Positions 28,757-37,073 of a stretch of DNA of 64,000 bases are shown here, in pieces. The position numbers were made by a program, and so were the translations under genes. Position 1 is the stretch's first letter, and every line of letters starts with the position of its first letter. Below the pieces are notes generated by a model, which did not search any database, was not told where the DNA came from, and worked only from the letters and a program-made list of their open reading frames with translations. Source of the DNA: an uncultured Rhodopirellula sp. (GTDB taxonomy: Bacteria > Planctomycetota > Planctomycetia > Pirellulales > Pirellulaceae); contig CAXGAI010000009.1 in assembly GCA_964007735.1 (NCBI GenBank), positions 1 through 64,000 of the forward strand, read 5' to 3'.

Positions 28757-29137
28757 ATGGCTAAAAAGAAGGCTGTTAAAAAGAAAGCGGCAAAGAAAAA
28801 AGTAGCTCCTAAAAAGAAGGCTACACCTAAGAAAAAAACGGCTAAAAAGAAAGCTGTGAAGAAGAAGGCTGCACCTAAGAAGAAGGCTGCTAAAAAGAAG
28901 AAGGCTGCTGTCAAAACGGCTGTTGCCGGCAGTGCGCCTAAAAAACGTACTCGACGACGACGTAAGCAAACGATCAAGAAGATATATTGGATCGTATTCA
29001 GCTCTACCATGAAACCGGTCGCAAAATTCGAGTTCCATGAAAAGAAGGAAGCTTTGGCTAAAGTCGAAACTCTTAGTAAGAAATCCCCTCACTTTCTGCA
29101 AAAGCGAAAAGAAGAAGAAGAAGTGGAAGACGAGTAA
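28757..29137 (+). CDS. Lys/Ala-rich histone-like protein with small C-terminal domain
   Basis: (KKKAA/KKKxAP)n N-terminus, then IYWIVFSSTMKPVAKF...HFLQK and an acidic tail. Confidence 0.8.
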   Translation: MAKKKAVKKKAAKKKVAPKKKATPKKKTAKKKAVKKKAAPKKKAAKKKKAAVKTAVAGSAPKKRTRRRRKQTIKKIYWIVFSSTMKPVAKFEFHEKKEALAKVETLSKKSPHFLQKRKEEEEVEDE

Positions 29138-29165
29138 CTTTCCTCGAATTACTTTCAATTCACAA

Positions 29166-29204
29166 AAAAGGCGTGGCAAATCAAATTTGATTGCCACGCC
29201 TTTT
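29166..29204. terminator. Bidirectional Rho-independent terminator
   Basis: AAAAGGCGTGGCAA...TTGCCACGCCTTTT between convergent genes. Confidence 0.85.
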
Positions 29205-29225
29205 GTTTGCTATCTAAGGTTAATA

Positions 29226-31328
29226 CTATTCAGCAGACGCTTCAGCTTCCCCTTCGGTTGCAATCGCAAAGATGTGAGTCTTATTTGCAATGAACAGCGT
29301 TCCGTTAGCAACGATTGGCGTTGAGTAGACTGAGTTACCCATATTGATCTCTTCGATTGGATCTTTAGCGTCTTCACTCAATTCGAAGATGGCGATATCA
29401 CCGTCTTCATCGCCAATGTAAACATGGCCATCCACAATCAGCGGAGAACCCCATGCTGCGGCAAACATATCATAAGTGAAATAGACTTCACCAGTCTTCG
29501 CATTCAGACAGTGAAACAAGCCGCTGAAGTCAGAAATATACAGCAAATCATTCTTGATACAAACAGTTCCACAACTGCGGTGCATCTGCTCCTCAAAATT
29601 GATATCACCATCGCCATCAACGTCATTCACGCTATAGTGCCAAACGACAGCGGAGTTCTCATTATCACGCGCAACCTGACCATCTTCTTCGATAACAGCC
29701 TGAAGACGCTGGTGTTCAATTTCTTCACCGGTTTGAACTTCGATCGCTAATTCCGGACTAACATTACCACGTTTAGAAGGATCGATACACCACAAGTGGC
29801 CTTCACCTTCACCATGTTCCGGGTCCTGACCGACAGCAACATATACATGACCGTCGTAGATTACAGGGGTAGCAATAATATTATTACGAGTACCACGACC
29901 ACCCAAAATCCATTTACTTACTTTGGGATTGGCATCAAATTTCCAAAGTAATTCCGGGACGCCGTCGGTACCTTTATCAGCTTTAAAGCTGTACACCCAA
30001 CCATCACCACCAGCGAAAATCGCCTGTGGTACACCATCAAAGATCCCTACTGCGGGCGAAGACCACTGGCCGTGCAGAATATTGTCGAATGGTGATTTGT
30101 CTGTCCAATAAACTTCCCCGGTATTCTTGTCCATCGCGATAAAGCTCGGAGCATCTGGAGAAGGAAGGTTGATGTGAGATTCATCAAGTCCATTGGATGT
30201 GTTGATAAACAGTAAATCACCCATACTCGTAATAGAGCAAGAGCACATATTATGCTGGGAAACTTCAAGATTGCCCATCATGTCATATTCCCAAAGTGTG
30301 TCCGCTTCTTCTGTGTCATTCGGAGTCACCACTTTGAAGACACTCAGTTTTGGTCCCATCATCTGAGCAATTACAGTACGGTCTTCGTCACCAATCTTGG
30401 CGGTAAGGGTCCATTTCTTACCACCATCATCAGCGACCACGGAGACTTCTTCAGGAAGTTCAAATCCTGCCTTCGCAGTGGCAGCTCGTAAAGTATCATT
30501 GACGGTGCCTTGATTCAGGGCAGTGACGGCAGGAGCTACCTGGTCGGCTGACGGATCCTCATTGACTCGAATGTCAAACAAACGTGCTCGTTCATTGGTA
30601 ATTTCACCATCGTCTGTTCCGTCATAGTAGCCATCCGCATCAACGCAAACTACTTTACCACGGCTGGAAACAAACCAAATGCGATCCCCTTCAACATAAG
30701 GTGCGCTACAAATCCCCTGCAGTGGCCAGTCATGAACACGACCTGTAGGTAGTTTTTCACTGGAATGCTGCCAGAGGAAATCACCTGTTTGCTCATCAAA
30801 GCATAGTAAAACTCCGAGGTCCGTTGCAGAAGGATAGCGAGCAAGGTAGCCACCACTATTGTTCGTGCCAACTAACACTTTACCGCTCGCTACAACCGGG
30901 TTACCGTAAGTCTGGCTACCGACTGCTGAAACCCACTTGATATTCTCCTGACCCGACCATTCACCCGTTTCACGATCCCGGCGACCTACATTCCAGCTAG
31001 TGGGAATACCGGTCGCTTCAGGCGTGTTATTTCGATAGGAAGTACCACCCCACTGTCCCCAATCGCCCGGAACAATAACCGGATCACCTTTATCATCTAA
31101 CTTAAAGTTGAACAAGTCGGCCGGATTAGCAGCGGCTTCTTCAACAGGTGCTTCAGTAGCAGCATCGCCGCTTGGCTCAGCTTCCGAGCCCTGCGTACTG
31201 TCAGTCGTTTCCTGCTGAATATCACCGGTATCGTCCTTTTTCTCCGAGCAACCTGAAATCGTGGCCACGGTGACCAATCCCAGCAAAAAGCAGAGGGTTA
31301 GTAATCCGATAACTCTTACGTTCTTCAT
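29226..31328 (-). CDS. PQQ-like/BamB-like beta-propeller lipoprotein
   Basis: Lipobox-like ISGC, WGQWGG and repeated xxTGxxxW blades; GGAG RBS before MKNV. Confidence 0.85.
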   Translation of the reverse strand: MKNVRVIGLLTLCFLLGLVTVATISGCSEKKDDTGDIQQETTDSTQGSEAEPSGDAATEAPVEEAAANPADLFNFKLDDKGDPVIVPGDWGQWGGTSYRNNTPEATGIPTSWNVGRRDRETGEWSGQENIKWVSAVGSQTYGNPVVASGKVLVGTNNSGGYLARYPSATDLGVLLCFDEQTGDFLWQHSSEKLPTGRVHDWPLQGICSAPYVEGDRIWFVSSRGKVVCVDADGYYDGTDDGEITNERARLFDIRVNEDPSADQVAPAVTALNQGTVNDTLRAATAKAGFELPEEVSVVADDGGKKWTLTAKIGDEDRTVIAQMMGPKLSVFKVVTPNDTEEADTLWEYDMMGNLEVSQHNMCSCSITSMGDLLFINTSNGLDESHINLPSPDAPSFIAMDKNTGEVYWTDKSPFDNILHGQWSSPAVGIFDGVPQAIFAGGDGWVYSFKADKGTDGVPELLWKFDANPKVSKWILGGRGTRNNIIATPVIYDGHVYVAVGQDPEHGEGEGHLWCIDPSKRGNVSPELAIEVQTGEEIEHQRLQAVIEEDGQVARDNENSAVVWHYSVNDVDGDGDINFEEQMHRSCGTVCIKNDLLYISDFSGLFHCLNAKTGEVYFTYDMFAAAWGSPLIVDGHVYIGDEDGDIAIFELSEDAKDPIEEINMGNSVYSTPIVANGTLFIANKTHIFAIATEGEAEASAE

Positions 31329-31418
31329 TATCAATTCTCCGGTCCGGAATTTATATCGAGTTGAACGGGACCTCAATCTAATCAACTCGTGAGCTTCTAC
31401 GTTATCTCGTCACTTATT

Positions 31419-33851
31419 TTATTGGTTTGCGGTAACGGCAATATTATCCAAATAGATCTCAGCATCTTTGGCGTTACCGTAAAGTCCGGGGCTCCCCTGA
31501 GTTACCGGAACATCATCCATCACTTCCAGCATCCATTCGGATGGTTCATCAGAGCCTTTTTCCCAAACCTTCGCTCGTAAAACCGCTTTATCATCTTCCA
31601 CTGCAACCCGGAATTTCATCGTATACCACTGATCTTCTTTCCAGGCAAAATCTACCGTTTTCGCTATCCGTTCCTGAGGAACCCAAGTACGAATCTGTAA
31701 TCGTTGACTTTCCCCCTGCATATCAAGGCAATATCCCTGGCCGGTCAATCCAATATCAGGAAGTTTATCATTGTTACGAGCCCCTTTAACATCTGCCTGA
31801 ATCGTATAGTTAGACAAATCTGAGTGGCCCATCCAAGAGCGACTTCGGGTACCCTTTGGGATCGTCGTAATTTTGACCATGGCATTACTGCCATCAACTT
31901 CACGAATCACATGACGATAACGAGCTCCAACCCATGTAATCGGAGGATCTGACAAATTATCAAAGTCGAAGTTCCACGGCAGATCTGGTACGATCCGAAT
32001 TCGAGCTCGTCCCGAGAGTTCGCCAACGGTGGCCGTGATATACGCAGCAGCATGAGCTGCATCTGCTGAAGAATTGAAGGTACTTCCTTCCATCGCACCA
32101 TAGGCATCAACAGAAAGCTCAGCATTTTCTGCCGGACCAATCAGTTGCCCTGCCGCATTGTAAAGTAACACTTTATATTCCTGAGATTGTCCCGGGCGAA
32201 TCAAAGCATCCGCCGGTACAACCTGAATATGAGTTGCCACTGCATCACCGGAAACGGTCTCTTCCGGCTGAACCACAACTTCAGCCGTAGCCGATGTTTT
32301 CTCCGTATCCTCAACACAGTACAAACCACCACTCGTTTCAAAATATAAACGCCCGTGAGAAACCACGGGGGAAGCATTCATCGTTTCACTATTTGGTAAT
32401 CGGCCACTAGCCAGTTTAACTAATCCTTCTTCTTCATCAGGCTGGAAGATTGCCCAGTTACCGGAATTGCCTACAGCGTAAATTTTTCCATCGGCATACA
32501 GAGGGCTGCCACGCATCACGCGCCCAAGTGCCTGTTTGCGGCCAATCTGTTCTCCTGATTCCATGTCATAGACATAAACTTTGGCACGGTCGTCAAAACA
32601 ATACAGTCGGTTACCAATCGCAAGAGGTGAAGACTTACCCATCATGACTTCTTCATATTTCCAAAGCTCATGGGACTTCGTCACATCCCCTTTTCCCGTC
32701 GCATCGATCCCAACAACCGCTCCCATCGAAGTGCCCACAACATTTTCCTCACTGTGGCCACTGAAGACTTTATCTCCAACAACAAGTGGCGATACATTTA
32801 ATCCTCGTCGTGAGAATTTATATTGCCAAATATGATTACCGGTTCGTGGTTGAATGGCCCAAACAGCCCCGTCGCCAGAACCAAATACCAACGACTTCTG
32901 ACCGGCCAGTGCTGTGACTGTTGGGGTACTGTACGTCGTGTCGTAAGGCAGTGGCCGAGTACCCTTGAACCAGATGACTTCACCGCTCGCCTTATCAAAA
33001 GCGATAAAACGGTGAGCCGGTTTTGCCATTTCACCCCACCCGATCACAATCGAACTGATGATTACCTGATTGTCAACGATAACCGGAGTATTGGTTCGAC
33101 CACCGTATGTACTTAGCAAACCAAAACGTTCATGCAAAGGCATAGACCAAATTGTTTCACCCGTTTCGCCGTTAATGCACTGGAAGAATCCGCAGACACC
33201 CAAGGTGTAGATATTACCTGTTTCAGGATCCGCGGTTACGTTACTCCAGCCAACTCGCGTGTCGGGAACATCGGAAAGCCAAACGTTAAAGACATTTGTC
33301 CAAATTGTTTCACCCGTAGCAGCATTCAGGCAAACAACCTGTTCACGTTCGCGTGAAGACTCTCGTTCAGCCCGGCAAAGCATGTACAGCCGGCCATTCA
33401 TAATAACGGGCGTACTTCGACCGCCTAAGTCAGTCCTCTTCCAACTAACATTACTTCCGGGGCCGCCATTCGGATCCCAGTCGTCGATCAACCCAGTCTC
33501 CGGTGAGATACCATTTGATCCGGGACCACGCCAAAACGTCCAGTCGATTCCATCTCGTTCAACCGGTTCACCCTGTAAAGTCATCGGAGCATTGGTGGCT
33601 GCTGCTGCTTCCGCTGGCTTCTCTGACGGTTCTACCGCTTGGTCTTCAACAGGTTGTTCTGCAGGCTTTTCCTCAGGTGTTTCATCGCCAGGGTCACTGC
33701 CATCTGTTTCGGTGGGTGTTTCAGGCTGTCCGCCAGGGGTGGCGTTAGGTGATTCGTCCGAACATCCGCTAATTCCAAAAAACAGAATAACAAGCAACGC
33801 AGAGGCTAAATGTAACCACTTGCTTTGAAACTGCTGCATACGCATAGTCAT
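31419..33851 (-). CDS. PQQ-like/BamB-like beta-propeller lipoprotein with C-terminal beta-sandwich domains
   Basis: ISGC lipobox, DWTFWRGP, TGETIW repeats and a C-terminal lectin-like domain ending IYLDNI. Confidence 0.85.
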   Translation of the reverse strand: MTMRMQQFQSKWLHLASALLVILFFGISGCSDESPNATPGGQPETPTETDGSDPGDETPEEKPAEQPVEDQAVEPSEKPAEAAAATNAPMTLQGEPVERDGIDWTFWRGPGSNGISPETGLIDDWDPNGGPGSNVSWKRTDLGGRSTPVIMNGRLYMLCRAERESSREREQVVCLNAATGETIWTNVFNVWLSDVPDTRVGWSNVTADPETGNIYTLGVCGFFQCINGETGETIWSMPLHERFGLLSTYGGRTNTPVIVDNQVIISSIVIGWGEMAKPAHRFIAFDKASGEVIWFKGTRPLPYDTTYSTPTVTALAGQKSLVFGSGDGAVWAIQPRTGNHIWQYKFSRRGLNVSPLVVGDKVFSGHSEENVVGTSMGAVVGIDATGKGDVTKSHELWKYEEVMMGKSSPLAIGNRLYCFDDRAKVYVYDMESGEQIGRKQALGRVMRGSPLYADGKIYAVGNSGNWAIFQPDEEEGLVKLASGRLPNSETMNASPVVSHGRLYFETSGGLYCVEDTEKTSATAEVVVQPEETVSGDAVATHIQVVPADALIRPGQSQEYKVLLYNAAGQLIGPAENAELSVDAYGAMEGSTFNSSADAAHAAAYITATVGELSGRARIRIVPDLPWNFDFDNLSDPPITWVGARYRHVIREVDGSNAMVKITTIPKGTRSRSWMGHSDLSNYTIQADVKGARNNDKLPDIGLTGQGYCLDMQGESQRLQIRTWVPQERIAKTVDFAWKEDQWYTMKFRVAVEDDKAVLRAKVWEKGSDEPSEWMLEVMDDVPVTQGSPGLYGNAKDAEIYLDNIAVTANQ

Positions 33852-34199
33852 TTCCTAAATCAAAGAAGCAATGAATTCCTTTACCGGGAAACTGACGTTT
33901 TCTATCAAAAAACGAACAATTCCGTAGCTTTTAACATAAATCTGCAGCAAGCGATAAGCAAGACTCCGCAGGCTTCGAACACCGGAATTCCATCCCCTTT
34001 CAACGTGAACATAGCCGGTCGATTGTAATACTCGGTAAACTTCCCCATCGCGATCCTTAAAACGTAGTGCAACGGATACATTCCAGTTTGGCCGAGCGGT
34101 TGAATTGTCTTCTTGCCTAATTGTTTACCCCCTGCTTCCTGCTACCATAGAAGACATATAAATAATCCACCAAACAGACGTGATAGAGGCAGATTTCGC

Positions 34200-35354
34200 A
34201 TGTCAGACTCGCTTTTTGAACAACTCGAAACCAGTATGCAAGACGGCGGCGTGGAAGCTGTTTTAGAACAGTTGATTTCCGGGCTAGCAGAAGAAAAGAA
34301 GTACCACGAACTGTTTGAAGCACTGAAAATGCAGGTGCGTCACAGTATTGGCCTTCCTTTGCTCTATGGAGAATCTGGTGACGAATTAGAAGGTTCACAG
34401 CGAACTGCTCTCGAGGATGGTCTCATCAATGCATGTCGACAGGTTGGTATGGGCCTGTTAAAGGAAGGACATATTTCTGAAGGATATATGTACATGCGTC
34501 CGGTGGGAGACCGACAAGCGGTCAAAAATGTGCTAGACCAGATCGAGCTCGGTGATAGTAATATTGACGAGTTAGTCGAGGTCTTACTTCAGGAAGGGGT
34601 CGATGTTGAACGCGGGTTTCAGATCGTACTCGACAGTTATGGAACTTGTAATTCCATTACCACTTACGAAACGGTCGTGGCTCACAAATCAAAACCTGAA
34701 CAGCGGAAAGTTGCCAAACTCCTGTTAGATCATGTCCACGCCGAATTGTTTAACAATGTTAAATCGGATATCGCTCATCGCAGCGAATCTCAACCGGAAG
34801 AATCCACGCTGGAGGGTCTGGTTGCAGATCGGGAATGGTTATTTGGCGAACATGCTTACCATATCGACACGACTCACCTCGCCTCAACAACACGCTTTAG
34901 TCGAATTCTGGAAGACGAAACGAGCTTGAGAAAAGCACTAGACCTGACTCACTACGGCCGAATGCTAAATTCTCAATTCCAATATGAAGGTGACGAACCT
35001 TTCACGGATATCTACCCTGACCATGCTTTGTACTACCAGGCGCTGCTAGGTGAAAATATTGACAACGCTTTGACACACTTCAAGCAGAAAGCAAATAATG
35101 TTCCACGTAATCAATGGGGGACGTTGGCCGTGGAAGTTTACATCGACCTATTAAATCGAATAGGCCAAGTTGATGAAGCAATCGCAGCAACCGCTGAACT
35201 TATTCAGCCGGGTGAACGCACCAGCGGTCTCGCGCCTTCCTTGCTGGAACTTTGCGAATCCAAAGGGGATTACTCCCAATTGGTTGAATCCTGCCGCGGT
35301 GCTAACGATTTATTGGGGTTTGCAACAGGGGTAATGAAAGCAAAAACCTCGTAA
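34200..35354 (+). CDS. Helical hypothetical protein
   Basis: Long ORF with GAGG upstream of the ATG at 34200; contains GTCNSIT and YHIDTTHL blocks; no family recognised. Confidence 0.7.
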   Translation: MSDSLFEQLETSMQDGGVEAVLEQLISGLAEEKKYHELFEALKMQVRHSIGLPLLYGESGDELEGSQRTALEDGLINACRQVGMGLLKEGHISEGYMYMRPVGDRQAVKNVLDQIELGDSNIDELVEVLLQEGVDVERGFQIVLDSYGTCNSITTYETVVAHKSKPEQRKVAKLLLDHVHAELFNNVKSDIAHRSESQPEESTLEGLVADREWLFGEHAYHIDTTHLASTTRFSRILEDETSLRKALDLTHYGRMLNSQFQYEGDEPFTDIYPDHALYYQALLGENIDNALTHFKQKANNVPRNQWGTLAVEVYIDLLNRIGQVDEAIAATAELIQPGERTSGLAPSLLELCESKGDYSQLVESCRGANDLLGFATGVMKAKTS

Positions 35355-35376
35355 GCCTACGTACAGGTAGTCTGAA

Positions 35377-36354
35377 CTACATCTGAGTGTTGATAAAGTT
35401 GATCAGTTGACGGAGACGTCCATGATTCCTGCGATTGAAGTGCGCCACTAGACGAGTTAATCCGTTGGTATTCTCATCATCCTCTTCTTCTTCAAGCTTA
35501 TCTGTCTGCACAAATTGACCGCTGTTAAGGACATCTGCAAAGTCGCGATTAACAATATCCAACGATTCCTGGGGGAGTGGTTCCCTGAGGCGTAGCACTA
35601 AGTCACGGCCCACATATCGCATGCTGTGGTAGTTTTTGTAGAACTGCATGATTTCATCGGCAGCTGCTTCAAAATCGTCTGTAACCGAGTACAAATGCAA
35701 ATCTTCCGGTGAAATCATACCACCGGCGAGTAGCTCTTTACGAATAAACTCATCAAGCATCTTCCAGTAAGTGCCACCGGGAGCGTCGGCCAGGATGATC
35801 GGCACTACATCTCGTTTTCCGGTCTGGACGAGAGTGAGCACCTCCATCGCTTCGTCCATCGTACCGAAGCCGCCCGGATAACAAACTACAGCATCACATT
35901 CTTTAACAAACATCAGCTTGCGAGTGAAAAAGTACTTCATATTCACAAGCTTGTGGTCACCATCGATAATCGCATTAGCTGATTGTTCAAAGGGCAACAT
36001 AATATTGAGACCCATCGACATCTCGCGCCCAGCCCCTACATGTCCAGCTTCCATGATTCCATGGGCTGCACCTGTGATCACCATCCAGTCCCGTTCCGCC
36101 ATGGCTCGGCCAAAATCAACACAAGCCTGATAGGTTGCTTCACCAGCAGGAGTTCTAGCCGATCCGAAAACGGTAACTTTACGATGCTTGCGATATGGAG
36201 CAAAAACCTTAAAGGCATAACGTAATTCTCGCAATGTACGGCTGAGAATCTTCATATCCCCCCGGGCGGGGTGGTCATCGGCCAGTCGTTGAGCAGAATT
36301 GCGAATACGTAAGATCAAATCATCAATACGTTCCTGGCGTTGTTGTTCACTCAT
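35377..36354 (-). CDS. LOG family (TIGR00730) nucleotide phosphoribohydrolase
   Basis: VFGSAR, GIMEAG, YFFTRKLMF and PGGFGTMDE motifs. Confidence 0.9.
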   Translation of the reverse strand: MSEQQRQERIDDLILRIRNSAQRLADDHPARGDMKILSRTLRELRYAFKVFAPYRKHRKVTVFGSARTPAGEATYQACVDFGRAMAERDWMVITGAAHGIMEAGHVGAGREMSMGLNIMLPFEQSANAIIDGDHKLVNMKYFFTRKLMFVKECDAVVCYPGGFGTMDEAMEVLTLVQTGKRDVVPIILADAPGGTYWKMLDEFIRKELLAGGMISPEDLHLYSVTDDFEAAADEIMQFYKNYHSMRYVGRDLVLRLREPLPQESLDIVNRDFADVLNSGQFVQTDKLEEEEDDENTNGLTRLVAHFNRRNHGRLRQLINFINTQM

Positions 36355-36431
36355 TACATTGTCTCCTTACAAGTCTTCTTCTCCGTGAAAGATCACTCCT
36401 TACATTGTTTCAATTTGAGTAATCTCCGGCA

Positions 36432-36483
36432 ATAAGAAAAAGCCTTCGGAGTACCGCTCCCCGCAGAGCGACAATCCGAAGGC
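36432..36483 (-). terminator. Long-stem terminator after the 81-aa gene
   Basis: GCCTTCGGA...TCCGAAGGC outer stem with an inner CGCTC/GAGCG stem and a T-run on the minus strand. Confidence 0.65.
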
Positions 36484-36538
36484 CCGTTGATCTCACCTAT
36501 CTACCCAAATCTGACAACAAGAACTTGCTATCTAATAA

Positions 36539-36784
36539 TCAAGCTGCATTTCGCATACGCTCGTATGCCTGAATCACTTCAAAAAGATCCGTGCTCACCT
36601 CGATTCGATCATCTTCAAAATCCTGAACCCAGGCTCGCTGGGTTAATAGGGCATCTGTTAATGCCGGCAAGATTTCGCCAAGTTTCACTGTGATGTGTGT
36701 TTCCTGTTCCAAATGGTCCAGTACTCGAGCTTGTCCGGTTGCTTTACTTTGAGCTGCCTGAAAATCTAATATACGACGGACCAT
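36539..36784 (-). CDS. Small hypothetical protein (81 aa)
   Basis: AGGGA SD, own terminator and structured leader; ends ...RMRNAA. Confidence 0.7.
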   Translation of the reverse strand: MVRRILDFQAAQSKATGQARVLDHLEQETHITVKLGEILPALTDALLTQRAWVQDFEDDRIEVSTDLFEVIQAYERMRNAA

Positions 36785-36789
36785 TTGAT

Positions 36790-36940
36790 TCTTCCCTGCC
36801 TGTCTAGTTTTTAGCTGGTTTCTAGACCGTTCCTGCGTTAGTCAGTGGCTTACTACGAACTTCCTTGTTCGCCTTTGTCATAAGCCAACATCACGGCATC
36901 CATGCCGCGTGGTAGTGAAATCGTCCGGATTGGAATGGAC
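36790..36940 (-). promoter_or_regulatory. Structured 5' leader with GGA-loop hairpins (CsrA/RsmA-like sites)
   Basis: Minus-strand hairpins CGAAC-AAGGAA-GTTCG (36856-36871) and CGGCA-TGGA-TGCCG (36894-36907), plus CAGGAA and CAGGGA near the start. Confidence 0.5.
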
Positions 36941-37073
36941 CTGAGGTGAAATTGAGTATTTCTCTAAACTTTATCGAATAATTACCACACCGATCGGCAT
37001 GAGAGAATTGCTGAACATGCCGTACGTGAGACACCCTCTCAATTCGGCATGTCTGGGGTATATTGAAGGAACC

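Noticed and set aside
28643..29197. Minus-strand Phe/Leu-rich ORFs (184 aa and 85 aa)
   Set aside because: Antisense of the Lys-rich histone-like gene.
30455..30472. GTTCAAATCCTGCC resembling a tRNA T-arm
   Set aside because: It lies inside a CDS and no cloverleaf can be built around it.
33259..33828. 189-aa plus-strand ORF
   Set aside because: Antisense to the low-complexity linker of the propeller lipoprotein.
34089..34104. TGGCCGAGCGGTTGAA resembling a tRNA-Ser/Leu D-arm in an intergenic region
   Set aside because: There is no acceptor stem, anticodon arm or T-arm, and no integrase nearby.
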